Made by a program: the position numbers and the translations under genes. 64,000 bases of DNA from the NCBI GenBank assembly GCA_038065355.1, contig JBBTRC010000010.1, positions 157,844-221,843 of the forward strand, read 5' to 3'. Shown piece by piece: positions 27,323 to 36,598 of this stretch (position 1 is its first letter; every line of letters starts with the position of its first letter). This DNA is from Patescibacteria group bacterium. Lineage in GTDB: Bacteria > Patescibacteriota > Minisyncoccia > Phycocordibacterales > UBA918. Under the pieces are notes generated by a model. The model was not told where the DNA came from. It searched no databases and saw nothing but the letters and a program-made list of their open reading frames with translations.

Positions 27323-28693
27323 TTAGAGCGAAAACTCTTTGATCGAAGCCGATGAGCCAGAGCCGTCTGTTGGTGAGCCGCCGCTTTTTGCAAAAAAGCG
27401 ATCTCGCCAGTCTTTGATCATCTGCGCGTCTTCTTGTTCGATGTAGCGAAGTTCGCTGTCGAGCTTCAACGCGATCTCTCTTTGTGCGCGCATCACGGCC
27501 GGATGTTGTTTTCCGTACGTAATACGAGCTCGCTCAACGGCGTTATACACGTCGGCTGCTCCTCGGGCAGCATCGATGCTGTCCTGTCGAGACACTGAGT
27601 TAAGTTCGTTCTGTACGTTGAGGTCAGAAAGACCTTTAATCAGTTCGACACGAATGGCGGTGATTTCTCGGTTGAGTTTCGCCGCCGCTGTGCCGATACG
27701 CACCGACCGCTCATAGTTGCCGCGGAGGGTCGTGAGACCATCGCGCTGCATGATGAGCGTCTGCATTTTTTCTTCGAGCTCTTGGGCCTCACCCATCGCC
27801 GCGTCCATTTTGGCTTTGAGTTGACCCTTTTTCTCTCGAGCGTCGTCGATTTGCTGTTGGAGTTCAGTGTACGCCGGAGTATTCCGCTCGAGCGCACCCT
27901 CGTCCATCTGTGCTTGAAGGCGAGTAACTTGGGCTTCCTGCTTCTGGAAGTCGATTTGTGCCTGCGCGTGCTCGTCGACAGCCATCTTGTGACGCTTTGA
28001 AGTTGCAGCCAAGACGGTCTTTCGACGTTCGAGCGATTTGGTAGCCATTTCGACTCGTTCACGCAGAACAGTGTTTGCTCGTTCATGCATAGCTCGAATG
28101 GCAGTGCTCGACTCCTCCATGGTGGCGTTTTGCAGAATTTCGCGCTGCCGCCGATCGGCTTTCGCCGGAGCGTCTTTTATCGCTTGTTCTGCAGATGCCA
28201 GTTTATTTTTTGCCGCAGACAGAGCACCCGCCGCTTCGTCAACTGCACCCTTGCCCCACGCAAAGAAAAGGAAACGACCTTGCTTTGACTCGGCGACCTT
28301 AAGGTCGGCGGTGGCAGCGGTGACCGCAGTTTGGGCATTTTTGCCTTCCACGTCGGCGTCGTCAATTATCTTCCGTGCGTCAGGATGCATAGTTTCCAGG
28401 TTCGCAATATCCGATCCTTGCTGCTTTGCGAGCTCGTGTAGAGCAACGGCCAGGTCAGCCAGGTCTTTTGAATCCTGAATTTCGTCAGCCATGACTTCTT
28501 CGATGGTGCGACGAATGTCGCGAACAGGAATATCCTTGGCCGTGATCTTGCCGCTTTCTTCCAGGGCTCGATCAAGGCGCGTCTCAAGTTCGACGAAGGG
28601 GTCTTTAATGTTTAGGCGGTTTTCGGCCCGAGACAGGGCTTTTGAAGCCTCTTGTTCAAGGGTTTTACCGTCTAAAGAGAACTCTTCAGGCAT
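27323..28693 (-). CDS. long coiled-coil protein, 456 aa
   Basis: Extensive heptad-repeat character, Q/E/A/K/R-rich (QKQEAQVTRLQAQMDEG...KKGQLKAKMDAAMGEAQELEEKMQTL), with an AAGGA SD-like element 9 nt upstream. It is the first gene of the minus-strand block. Confidence 0.6.
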   Translation of the reverse strand: MPEEFSLDGKTLEQEASKALSRAENRLNIKDPFVELETRLDRALEESGKITAKDIPVRDIRRTIEEVMADEIQDSKDLADLAVALHELAKQQGSDIANLETMHPDARKIIDDADVEGKNAQTAVTAATADLKVAESKQGRFLFFAWGKGAVDEAAGALSAAKNKLASAEQAIKDAPAKADRRQREILQNATMEESSTAIRAMHERANTVLRERVEMATKSLERRKTVLAATSKRHKMAVDEHAQAQIDFQKQEAQVTRLQAQMDEGALERNTPAYTELQQQIDDAREKKGQLKAKMDAAMGEAQELEEKMQTLIMQRDGLTTLRGNYERSVRIGTAAAKLNREITAIRVELIKGLSDLNVQNELNSVSRQDSIDAARGAADVYNAVERARITYGKQHPAVMRAQREIALKLDSELRYIEQEDAQMIKDWRDRFFAKSGGSPTDGSGSSASIKEFSL

Positions 28694-29020
28694 GTCATTG
28701 TCCTTTCTCTAGGTTGATTGTTTTAGAATGATATTTCGTTGTCAACGAACAGCCGAAATACCTACTAAGATATGACGGTTCGCTACCCACATGTATATAC
28801 CATTTTTAGTGTATTGTCAAGTTTTTGTAGCCTTTGGTATAGCTATAGATTGCTATTTTTGGGCTTTCTGGTATTGTAGCGGGCACGACGAACTTGGAGA
28901 TTCTAACTAGAAAACCCAGTCGTTGAAGGCGAGTTTTGGCGGCAGCCAATACGAGCCGGATTTATAAGGAAACACGTCACCAATTCTAGGTGATACGGTT
29001 TCATCACCTAACCAACATAC

Positions 29021-29206
29021 GTGGCACGAAAATCATTGATTTTGCGTTCAGTGCGCAAACCAAAGTTTAAATCGCGTGTCGTCCGCCGTTGCAAGCTTTG
29101 CGCTCGCCGCCGCGGCTACATGCGTGACTTCGACATGTGCCGAATTTGCTTCCGCGAACTCGCACACGAAGGTCAGATACCAGGCGTAAAAAAATCATCA
29201 TGGTAG
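29021..29206 (+). CDS. rpsZ: 30S ribosomal protein S14 type Z (Zn-ribbon short form)
   Basis: 61 aa with a GTG start and the CxxC...CxxC motif ([40 protein letters not shown]). A hairpin (taggtgat acggtttc atcaccta) lies at 28987-29012 just upstream. Confidence 0.92.
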   Translation: MARKSLILRSVRKPKFKSRVVRRCKLCARRRGYMRDFDMCRICFRELAHEGQIPGVKKSSW

Positions 29207-29595
29207 GAGATACAATTGGCGATTTTATTATTCGCCTTAAAAACGCAGGCATGGTCGGCAAGCAGTCGGTCAAAGTACCGTACTCAAAACTCCGCCACAG
29301 CATTGCCAACAAACTAGTTGAGGTCGGCTACCTCACCGCTGTTTCAGAACAAGGTAAAAAGCCACAAGAAAAGACCCTCGAAGTGACACTCCGCTTTGAG
29401 AACGGAACACACCGCATCAGCGGCGTGAAGCGTCTCTCCAAGCCAGGTCGACGTCTCTACACGAAGGTCGCTGATATTCATCAAGTTAAGTTTGGAAAGG
29501 GGCACATGTTCCTCTCAACGCCGGGAGGCATCCTCACCAATGAGGAGGCCAAGGCGAAGCAGATGGGCGGTGAGCAACTTTTCATTATCTGGTAA
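29200..29595 (+). CDS. rpsH: 30S ribosomal protein S8
   Basis: The start is taken at ATG 29200 ([16 protein letters not shown]), overlapping the rpsZ stop as ATGGTAG. S8 family. Confidence 0.92.
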   Translation: MVGDTIGDFIIRLKNAGMVGKQSVKVPYSKLRHSIANKLVEVGYLTAVSEQGKKPQEKTLEVTLRFENGTHRISGVKRLSKPGRRLYTKVADIHQVKFGKGHMFLSTPGGILTNEEAKAKQMGGEQLFIIW

Positions 29596-29599
29596 ATGT

Positions 29600-30130
29600 A
29601 TGAGTCGACTAGGAAAACAACCCGTAGCAATCCCGAGTGGCGTCACTGTCACAATGGACAATGGCGTGCTGACGGTCAAAGGTGCGAAGGCGACCCTCAC
29701 GCGCCCGATTAAAAAAGATATTACCATCACCGTAGAAAACGATGCGGTTACGCTCGTGCCAGGCAACACAGAAGCCGCCAAGGCGCTTTTCGGCACGTAC
29801 GCCGCTCACTTGCGCAACATGATTGAAGGTGTCACTAAAGGTTTTACAAGGATTTTGGAATTAGAGGGAGTTGGCTATCGCGCTGAAGTCAGGGGCAAAG
29901 ATTTAGTCTTGAGCGTCGGCTTCTCTCACCCAGTGCCGATGCCCATTCCCGAAGGAGTCACAGTCACAGTGGAAAAAAACACCGTCACTCTTTCTGGTGC
30001 CGACCTGGAAGTGGTGGCGCAATACGCGGCCAACGTTCGCAAGGTAAAGAAACCTGAACCATACAAAGGCAAGGGCATTCGCTACCAAGGCGAGTACATT
30101 ATTCGCAAGCAAGGTAAGAAAGCTGTCTAG
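29600..30130 (+). CDS. rplF: 50S ribosomal protein L6
   Basis: The start is taken at ATG 29600 ([12 protein letters not shown]). L6 family. Confidence 0.93.
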   Translation: MSRLGKQPVAIPSGVTVTMDNGVLTVKGAKATLTRPIKKDITITVENDAVTLVPGNTEAAKALFGTYAAHLRNMIEGVTKGFTRILELEGVGYRAEVRGKDLVLSVGFSHPVPMPIPEGVTVTVEKNTVTLSGADLEVVAQYAANVRKVKKPEPYKGKGIRYQGEYIIRKQGKKAV

Positions 30131-30141
30131 GCTATCGTCAT

Positions 30142-30492
30142 ATGGAAAAATCACAATACAAAACCCATAAGCGAGCCGTCCGCCACAAGCGTTTGCGCGC
30201 CAAGGTAGTCGGAACGGCGGCCCGGCCTCGCCTCGCCGTGTTCAAAAGCAATCAGTATGTCTACGTACAGCTGATTGACGACGAAGCGCAAAAGACGATT
30301 GCGGCCGCCGATTCGCGCGCCGAGAAAAGTGGCACGCCACTTGAAAAGGCAAAGGCGGTCGGCGGAGCGATTGCAAAAAAGGCGCACACCGCCAAGATTA
30401 CCGAAGTGGTGTTTGACCGCGGCGGATTTCGTTACCAAGGCATTGTCGCGGCGCTTGCCGATGCGGCTCGCGAAGGAGGCTTGAAGTTCTAA
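30142..30492 (+). CDS. rplR: 50S ribosomal protein L18
   Basis: 116 aa L18 family. Confidence 0.92.
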   Translation: MEKSQYKTHKRAVRHKRLRAKVVGTAARPRLAVFKSNQYVYVQLIDDEAQKTIAAADSRAEKSGTPLEKAKAVGGAIAKKAHTAKITEVVFDRGGFRYQGIVAALADAAREGGLKF

Positions 30493-30596
30493 GTGAGCGC
30501 CAGTACTTTTTAAAGTGTGAACTTTAAAAATACTGTCGCGCGAACTTAATTCGAGAAATTTGTCCGGGGGACAAGTTTCTTGAACGAAGTGACCCG

Positions 30597-30637
30597 TAGG
30601 TTCGGAAAAATATTCTGGGAGAATATTTTTCCGAACT
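30597..30637 (+). promoter_or_regulatory. 17 bp perfect hairpin in the 180 nt rplR-rpsE gap
   Basis: gttcggaaaaatattct ggg agaatatttttccgaac. A second imperfect hairpin lies at 30503-30536. Confidence 0.5.
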
Positions 30638-30670
30638 CGCTGAATAATTACAAAAATTAAAACACTTAAC

Positions 30671-31291
30671 ATGAGTGAACAAAAACAGCCGGAAGCTACA
30701 ACTGACACCAAGTCAGAACCGGTAGTGCCAGAGATGGAAACTACCACCGATGCACCAGCTGGTGAGGAAAAGCGGGAACACAAAGGTCATCGCCGCGGAG
30801 GCGCAGATCGTCGTGGTGCTCGCCGACCTCGTCGTGGTGCTCGTCCAGAGAGAGTTCGTCCAGAATTTGACCAAAAAATTATCAGCATCCGCCGCGTAAC
30901 GCGTGTGATGGCTGGTGGTCGCCGCTTCAACTTTTCAGTCGCTATGGTCATCGGTGACCGCCGCGGCAAAGTGGGTGTTGGTATTGGCAAAGCGGGCGAT
31001 ACGCAATTGGCAATCGAAAAAGCCATTCGTGACGCCAAAAAGCACATGATAGTTGTTCCTATGAACGCTGAAGGAAGTCTTCCGCACGACGTCCATACCA
31101 AGTACGCGGCGAGCGAAGTCATGATTATGCCTGCCGCCGGTCGTGGATTGGTAGCCGGATCTTCAGTTCGTACCGTCCTTGAAATGGCTGGCGTGAAAGA
31201 CGTGACCGCCAAGATTTTTTCTCGCAGTAAAAACAAACTTAACAACGCCCGCGCCGCCGTCGAAGCGCTCAAGCAACTTAAAAAAGCCTAG
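30671..31291 (+). CDS. rpsE: 30S ribosomal protein S5 with a ~55 aa N-terminal extension
   Basis: 206 aa. The S5 dsRBD and C-domain are conserved after an acidic-then-basic N-terminal tail. Confidence 0.93.
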   Translation: MSEQKQPEATTDTKSEPVVPEMETTTDAPAGEEKREHKGHRRGGADRRGARRPRRGARPERVRPEFDQKIISIRRVTRVMAGGRRFNFSVAMVIGDRRGKVGVGIGKAGDTQLAIEKAIRDAKKHMIVVPMNAEGSLPHDVHTKYAASEVMIMPAAGRGLVAGSSVRTVLEMAGVKDVTAKIFSRSKNKLNNARAAVEALKQLKKA

Positions 31292-31294
31292 CCT

Positions 31295-31744
31295 ATGCAA
31301 CTCCATGAACTAAAAGGTAATTCCGCTCACAAGGTCGCCAAGCGCATTGGCCGCGGCGGCAAACGCGGCAAGACCTCCGGCCGAGGTGGCAAAGGACAAA
31401 CTGCCCGCGCCGGCAACAGCACTCGCCCAGAAATGCGCGAGCTCATAAAAAAGTTGCCCAAGCTCCGCGGACATGGCGTCAACCGAGCAATTGCAGTAAA
31501 TGCCGAACGCGTGCGACCGGTCGTAGTCAACGTAGCGGCGCTTGAGACGGCCTTCAAGGCTGGCGACATCGTCTCTCCGAAGACTCTCGTCGTAGCAGGT
31601 GTCATTTCGACGGTGCGCAAACAAGCCCCGCTGGTAAAGATTTTGGGGACTGGCGAACTTTCAAAGAAACTATCTGTTGAAGGGTGCCAGGTGTCAGCGG
31701 CGGCCAAAGAAAAAATCGCCAAGGCTGGCGGAAGTGTCAAATAA
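31295..31744 (+). CDS. rplO: 50S ribosomal protein L15
   Basis: 149 aa L15. It begins 4 nt after rpsE, with no L30 gene between them. Confidence 0.93.
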   Translation: MQLHELKGNSAHKVAKRIGRGGKRGKTSGRGGKGQTARAGNSTRPEMRELIKKLPKLRGHGVNRAIAVNAERVRPVVVNVAALETAFKAGDIVSPKTLVVAGVISTVRKQAPLVKILGTGELSKKLSVEGCQVSAAAKEKIAKAGGSVK

Positions 31745-31761
31745 GCGCTAGCATTACGCAT

Positions 31762-33033
31762 ATGCAGACATTTTTCCAGAAGCTAAAAATCATTGCCACC
31801 GAACCAACTATTCGTAAGCGATTACTGTTCGTACTCGGCGCACTTATCGTTTTCCGTGTGTTGGCCGCCGTGCCAATTCCGGGCGTTGACCAGACCGTGC
31901 TCGATCAATTCTTCACCAATAACCAATTCCTCGGCCTCTTGAACATTTTCTCGGGTGGCGGTCTCGCCAACCTTTCAATCGTGATGCTCGGTGTTGGTCC
32001 GTTTATTACGGCATCCATCATCATGCAGCTCTTGACGGTGATGTCGCCGGCGCTCAAAAGCATGTACACCGAAGAAGGCGAAGCTGGGCGAGCAAAATTT
32101 ACCCAGTGGAGTCGTATGCTCACCCTGCCTCTCTCTATCCTTCAAGGCTTCGGCTTCCTTACCCTGCTCCAGAGTCAAGGCGTCATCACTCACCTGACGG
32201 TGTTTGATTTTGCCCTCAACGTGGTTTTGATTGTGGGTGGCTCGATGCTCCTCATGTGGATCGGCGAACTCGTCACTGAATACGGAATTGGAAACGGAGT
32301 GTCGATTATTATCTTCGCCGGTATCGTCGCGAGCTTGCCGGCCACTATGAGCCAACTGCTCTTTTCCTACGACCCTTCTCAGTTGCCGCTCTTTCTCGGG
32401 TTTGCACTGGTGGCGCTCGCGATTGTGTACGCGGTAGTCATTATGACCGAAGCCGAACGGCCGGTGCCGATTACTTACGCTAAGCAGAGCCGCGGTGGTC
32501 ATACCTACGGAGGCAGTTCATCGTACTTGCCGCTTCGTCTCAACCAAGCCGGCGTGATCCCCATCATTTTTGCCCTCTCGATCATTCTGTTCCCACAGAT
32601 GGTGCTGAACATTCTTTCGGCCTTTAGCTTGCCGTGGGTGGCGGGTGCAAATGAGGTGGTGACGCAATTTCTAAATAACCAAACCGCCTACGGCATCGTG
32701 TATTTCGTGTTTGTGTTTCTCTTCACCTTCTTCTATACTGCGGTGACGTTTGACCCAGATGCGATATCAAAGAACTTACAGCGAAATGGCGCCTTCATTC
32801 CGGGCATTCGTCCCGGCGGACACACTGCCGAGTATCTCGGCAACCTCGTCACCAAGCTCACTTTGGCCGGCGCGCTCTTCCTGGGGCTGATTGCGGTGGC
32901 GCCGGTTGTGATGCAAATCCTCACCGGTGTCACAGCGCTCGCCATCGGCGGAACGGCGGTACTCATTGTGGTGTCGGTCGTGCTCGATTTGATCCGCCGC
33001 CTTGATGCACAAATTTCGCTTCGCGAATACTAA
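31762..33033 (+). CDS. secY: preprotein translocase subunit SecY
   Basis: The start is taken at ATG 31762 (MQTFFQKLKIIATEP). 10 TM, SecY family. Confidence 0.93.
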   Translation: MQTFFQKLKIIATEPTIRKRLLFVLGALIVFRVLAAVPIPGVDQTVLDQFFTNNQFLGLLNIFSGGGLANLSIVMLGVGPFITASIIMQLLTVMSPALKSMYTEEGEAGRAKFTQWSRMLTLPLSILQGFGFLTLLQSQGVITHLTVFDFALNVVLIVGGSMLLMWIGELVTEYGIGNGVSIIIFAGIVASLPATMSQLLFSYDPSQLPLFLGFALVALAIVYAVVIMTEAERPVPITYAKQSRGGHTYGGSSSYLPLRLNQAGVIPIIFALSIILFPQMVLNILSAFSLPWVAGANEVVTQFLNNQTAYGIVYFVFVFLFTFFYTAVTFDPDAISKNLQRNGAFIPGIRPGGHTAEYLGNLVTKLTLAGALFLGLIAVAPVVMQILTGVTALAIGGTAVLIVVSVVLDLIRRLDAQISLREY

Positions 33034-33062
33034 AACGCTTCTATATACTTCGGCAATTATGT

Positions 33063-33098
33063 ACAAAAAACCAACCCCAGAGGTTGGTTTTTTGTATG
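33063..33098. terminator. bidirectional terminator after secY
   Basis: aaaaaaccaacc ccagag ggttggttttttg. Confidence 0.8.
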
Positions 33099-33111
33099 CG
33101 CGTGTTAAAGA

Positions 33112-33837
33112 TTAAATACGTAGGGGATTGAAGTCTGTACCAATATCATAAGTGTCGATCCCTTCTCTTTCTTTGACAGCTTTTATAACTTTTCTTGTCA
33201 CTGGCAAAGCGGCAACTTCCCACAAAGTACAGAAAGTTACTGTAGAGACAATGAGCGGTACAAGTTCCGAAGGAGCAAACCAACCAGCAAAGTAGAAAGC
33301 GGTAAAGAAAGCGATAGTGTTGTCAACAAGTTGCCCAAACAATGTCGACACAACTAAACGTACATTCAAAAGTTTTTCTTTCGTTATTAGTTTCATTTTT
33401 GCCACAATATACGAGTTTGTCAGTTCACCACAGAAAAAAGCGACAATAAAACCAATCGCTACAATCGGTGACGCTCTAAAAATGGCGTTATATGCATCAT
33501 TCATTTCGAACGATGGATTAGGTACGATGCTGTATAGAAACGCTAAGCTAGACGCCAAAAACATACACGCAAACCCTGTCCAGACGATTTTTCTTGTCAC
33601 TCGATAACCATAGACTTCAGTAAAAATGTCGGCAAAAATATAGACAAATGGATAGGCAATCGCTCCCACTGAAAATACCCAGGTTCCAATATAAAATGTT
33701 TTAAGAGATGTAAACACTCCAACAATCAGTACTGTTACCCAAAGCATGGCAAATACGAGCAAGTACTTATGAGGAAGCACCGCCGTTTCTGCCGGATTCG
33801 TGATTAAGTTGTTTTTCATACGCGACGATACTAGCAA
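33112..33837 (-). CDS. queuosine-precursor (VUT/YhhQ, DUF165) family transporter
   Basis: 241 aa polytopic protein with YhhQ-like motifs (AYPFVYIFADIFTEVYGY). AT-rich relative to the flanks. The start is possibly the internal Met at 33819. Confidence 0.65.
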   Translation of the reverse strand: MLVSSRMKNNLITNPAETAVLPHKYLLVFAMLWVTVLIVGVFTSLKTFYIGTWVFSVGAIAYPFVYIFADIFTEVYGYRVTRKIVWTGFACMFLASSLAFLYSIVPNPSFEMNDAYNAIFRASPIVAIGFIVAFFCGELTNSYIVAKMKLITKEKLLNVRLVVSTLFGQLVDNTIAFFTAFYFAGWFAPSELVPLIVSTVTFCTLWEVAALPVTRKVIKAVKEREGIDTYDIGTDFNPLRI

Positions 33838-33902
33838 AAACTACTTGACCAAATCCAAGAAAGTAGTACATTTAAGTTAATTTTAAACTTAAAGTTTAAA
33901 AT

Positions 33903-34709
33903 ATGTCTAAACGAAATGTAGAGAATACGATAATACAACTCCTTGGCAACGGGAGTTTAGAAAAACAAATATTAATTGACCGGGTTGTTAAACAGTCTCA
34001 CGTGACCATTCAGGCTGTGTATAAAAACCTGCGCAAACTTACGGTGAGGGACAGTATTACAATCCATAAAAAGTCAGTTAGTCTCACGTTGTTACACATT
34101 GAAAGAGAATTACAGTATTGGGAAACTGTCTCAGGGGTCTATCACACACGGCCGCTTGCGAGCCACTTTCTCGGCTTGCGTGAAGGCGATTCACTTAGTT
34201 TACGATTTAAAAATCTGAACGAACTTGATACGTATTGGGTACATGCTTTTTTACTCTTAGAAAGACAGCTACCTAAAAACTTTCCTACGTACTCTGTCAT
34301 TCCCCACGACTGGTTCTACTATGGTCGTCGGGAGACTGATGTTTTTTGGACACAAAAACAAAAACGTAAACAACGACTCATAGTGACCCATCCTGACAAA
34401 ATTGACATGTTGGCGCTTCGCGAACGAAGGAAACAAGGTTATGAAATGACACCCAGTGTAAATCCTCTCCACCAGGAGGAGCACGAGTATTTCACAGTCG
34501 TTAGCGACTGGGTATTTAAGGTGACTATTGATAAAAAGTTACATGCAGATTTACTACGAATAACACAACAAGCACGGGCACTCGAAAATATTGATCAAGT
34601 TTCTTTACAAAAATTACTTTCCAAGCGTGGTCAAAACACCATGAAGATATACAAGAGTAAAAAACGTGCTGATGTAATAATTAAAAAAGTGCAGAAGTAC
34701 TTTGAATAG
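33903..34709 (+). CDS. hypothetical protein with a probable N-terminal winged-HTH
   Basis: 268 aa from an AT-rich region (~38% GC); no family recognised. Confidence 0.5.
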   Translation: MSKRNVENTIIQLLGNGSLEKQILIDRVVKQSHVTIQAVYKNLRKLTVRDSITIHKKSVSLTLLHIERELQYWETVSGVYHTRPLASHFLGLREGDSLSLRFKNLNELDTYWVHAFLLLERQLPKNFPTYSVIPHDWFYYGRRETDVFWTQKQKRKQRLIVTHPDKIDMLALRERRKQGYEMTPSVNPLHQEEHEYFTVVSDWVFKVTIDKKLHADLLRITQQARALENIDQVSLQKLLSKRGQNTMKIYKSKKRADVIIKKVQKYFE

Positions 34710-34729
34710 GCTATACCGCTCACCTTTGG

Positions 34730-35362
34730 TTAGTACTGATTCTTGAATGAGTACCCCATCGGGACGGCGCTGTGTCGTTGTTGCCACACATCAAGCTCAA
34801 GCCATTCTTTGTAGTTATCAAATACTGTAATGGCGACTGTTTGCGGGTCGTGCCGCGAGGTGTCGATGATGAGGTCAAAATGCTCGGTGTTGAACGGGTC
34901 GACGCCATAGACAGATTTGAAACGATTGCGCTCGGTATTCATGCGGTCCCGTACTTCGATGGCGACGGCGTCGAGGGAGTTGTTTTTTGATTCAGTGGCA
35001 CCGCGACTTTTGTTGTGTATAAGGTCTTTAAAGACGCGCGCGGTCGCGATCTCGAGGTCGAGATCGAGGTACACTTTGAACGATTCAGGTATCCAATAAA
35101 AACCCAGTCGAGAGTCAATCACAATATCCTTGTGGTCTCGAAGGGTGCGCAGTTCTTCATCCACTTTGTCATCGAGGTTGTGATCGAGAGCGGCAAGCCG
35201 GTTGTACTCTTCAAGTGTCATATGCTTTTTGGCCAGCACGTGCCTGACCACGTCGCCGGACGAGTGCCTTGTGTAGCCGAGGAGTTCGGCGACTCGATCG
35301 GCGGTCGAGGATTTGCCACTGCCGGGTTTGCCGGAGACGGTAATAATGTGCTTGCGTTTCAT
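34730..35362 (-). CDS. P-loop nucleoside monophosphate kinase, cytidylate-kinase-like family
   Basis: The start is taken at MKRKHIITVSGKPGSGKSST (Walker A). The ORF-track start is extended upstream. Confidence 0.6.
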   Translation of the reverse strand: MKRKHIITVSGKPGSGKSSTADRVAELLGYTRHSSGDVVRHVLAKKHMTLEEYNRLAALDHNLDDKVDEELRTLRDHKDIVIDSRLGFYWIPESFKVYLDLDLEIATARVFKDLIHNKSRGATESKNNSLDAVAIEVRDRMNTERNRFKSVYGVDPFNTEHFDLIIDTSRHDPQTVAITVFDNYKEWLELDVWQQRHSAVPMGYSFKNQY

Positions 35363-35422
35363 GTATGCCAAGAATACCACACCGTTGCATAAGCTTAAAA
35401 AAGCTGTTACCCTCCTTGTACT

Positions 35423-35992
35423 ATGCGTCCGACGACTCCGTTTCAAAGCATCGTTTTGATGGGTAAAATTGCATCTGGGAAAGGTACCCAGGCCCATTTC
35501 ATTGCGGACGAATTCCCGGGCACCATTTACTCAAACGGTAACAAAATGCGCTCCATCGCGAAAGAAGAAACGGTTTTTGGAAAGAAAATGAAAGCAGTCT
35601 ACGAGGAAGGTTTTCTGATGCCCGAATGGGTCGCTTCTTATTGGATGACACACGCCCTGGTTTCCGAGCACGCCGAGGAACTCATTGTTTTTGAGGGCGT
35701 CGCCAGGAAACCCAATGAAGCCGAACTTTTTCACGAAATCCACGAGTGGATTGATCGTAAGTACGTCGTCTTCAATCTGGCCATTTCGGACGATGAAGTC
35801 AGGCGGCGGAGCGCCCTGCGCGCTCGCGACGTGGCCGATACCGCATCAGTGGAAAAACGTTTGGAGGAATATCACACATACACCGCCAAGTCGATCGAAT
35901 TTTTCCGTACCAAAGGAACACTGATTGAGCTCGACGGCACCAACTCACAAAGAGAAGTGAAACAGCAAATTTTTAACTACCTTATTTTGTAA
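35423..35992 (+). CDS. divergent adenylate-kinase-family paralog (short, no LID Zn site)
   Basis: P-loop MGKIASGKGTQA. It lacks the canonical DGFPRT motif (it has FEGVARK instead). Confidence 0.6.
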   Translation: MRPTTPFQSIVLMGKIASGKGTQAHFIADEFPGTIYSNGNKMRSIAKEETVFGKKMKAVYEEGFLMPEWVASYWMTHALVSEHAEELIVFEGVARKPNEAELFHEIHEWIDRKYVVFNLAISDDEVRRRSALRARDVADTASVEKRLEEYHTYTAKSIEFFRTKGTLIELDGTNSQREVKQQIFNYLIL

Positions 35993-35995
35993 CCC

Positions 35996-36598
35996 ATGAA
36001 TCCACTCACCGTCATCTTTATCGGCCCGCAGGGAAGCGGCAAAGGCACGCAGATTGAGCGTTTGAAAAACGTGCTTGAGCATGTCGACGGTCGCCGGCGA
36101 GTGGTTGATATCCAGACCGGTCGCCGCTTCCGTGCGCTCGCGGCCAAACAAGAGACCTTTGCCGAAGATAAAATTGCCGCGACGCTCGACGCGGGTACGC
36201 TCCAGCCAGATTTTCTATCGGCGGTGTTGTGGGGCCAGGCGATGGTTGATCAGCTCGACGCCAAGAGCCACCTCTTGATCGACGGCTTCCCTCGCACTAT
36301 GGCACAGGTGCCAGATTTGGAAGACGCGCTTCACTTTTTTGAGCGAACCACACTCGACGTCATCAACTTAGTGACACCGGAAGCAATCGTGCGGACACGC
36401 ATGCAAAATAGGGCCCGCGCCGACGATACTCCAGAGTCAATCGAGGAACGGCTCCGATGGTATCGAGAAGACACCTTGCCTGTCGTTGCCTTTTACAAAA
36501 ACCGACCACAGACTGTCGTGCATGACATAGACGGCACCGCCTCGATTGACGAGGTGCACGCCAGCGTTCTGAACGCGTTAAAACTTACCTCGCTATGA
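35996..36598 (+). CDS. adk: adenylate kinase (short form)
   Basis: GPQGSGKGTQ and LIDGFPRT motifs. Confidence 0.9.
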   Translation: MNPLTVIFIGPQGSGKGTQIERLKNVLEHVDGRRRVVDIQTGRRFRALAAKQETFAEDKIAATLDAGTLQPDFLSAVLWGQAMVDQLDAKSHLLIDGFPRTMAQVPDLEDALHFFERTTLDVINLVTPEAIVRTRMQNRARADDTPESIEERLRWYREDTLPVVAFYKNRPQTVVHDIDGTASIDEVHASVLNALKLTSL

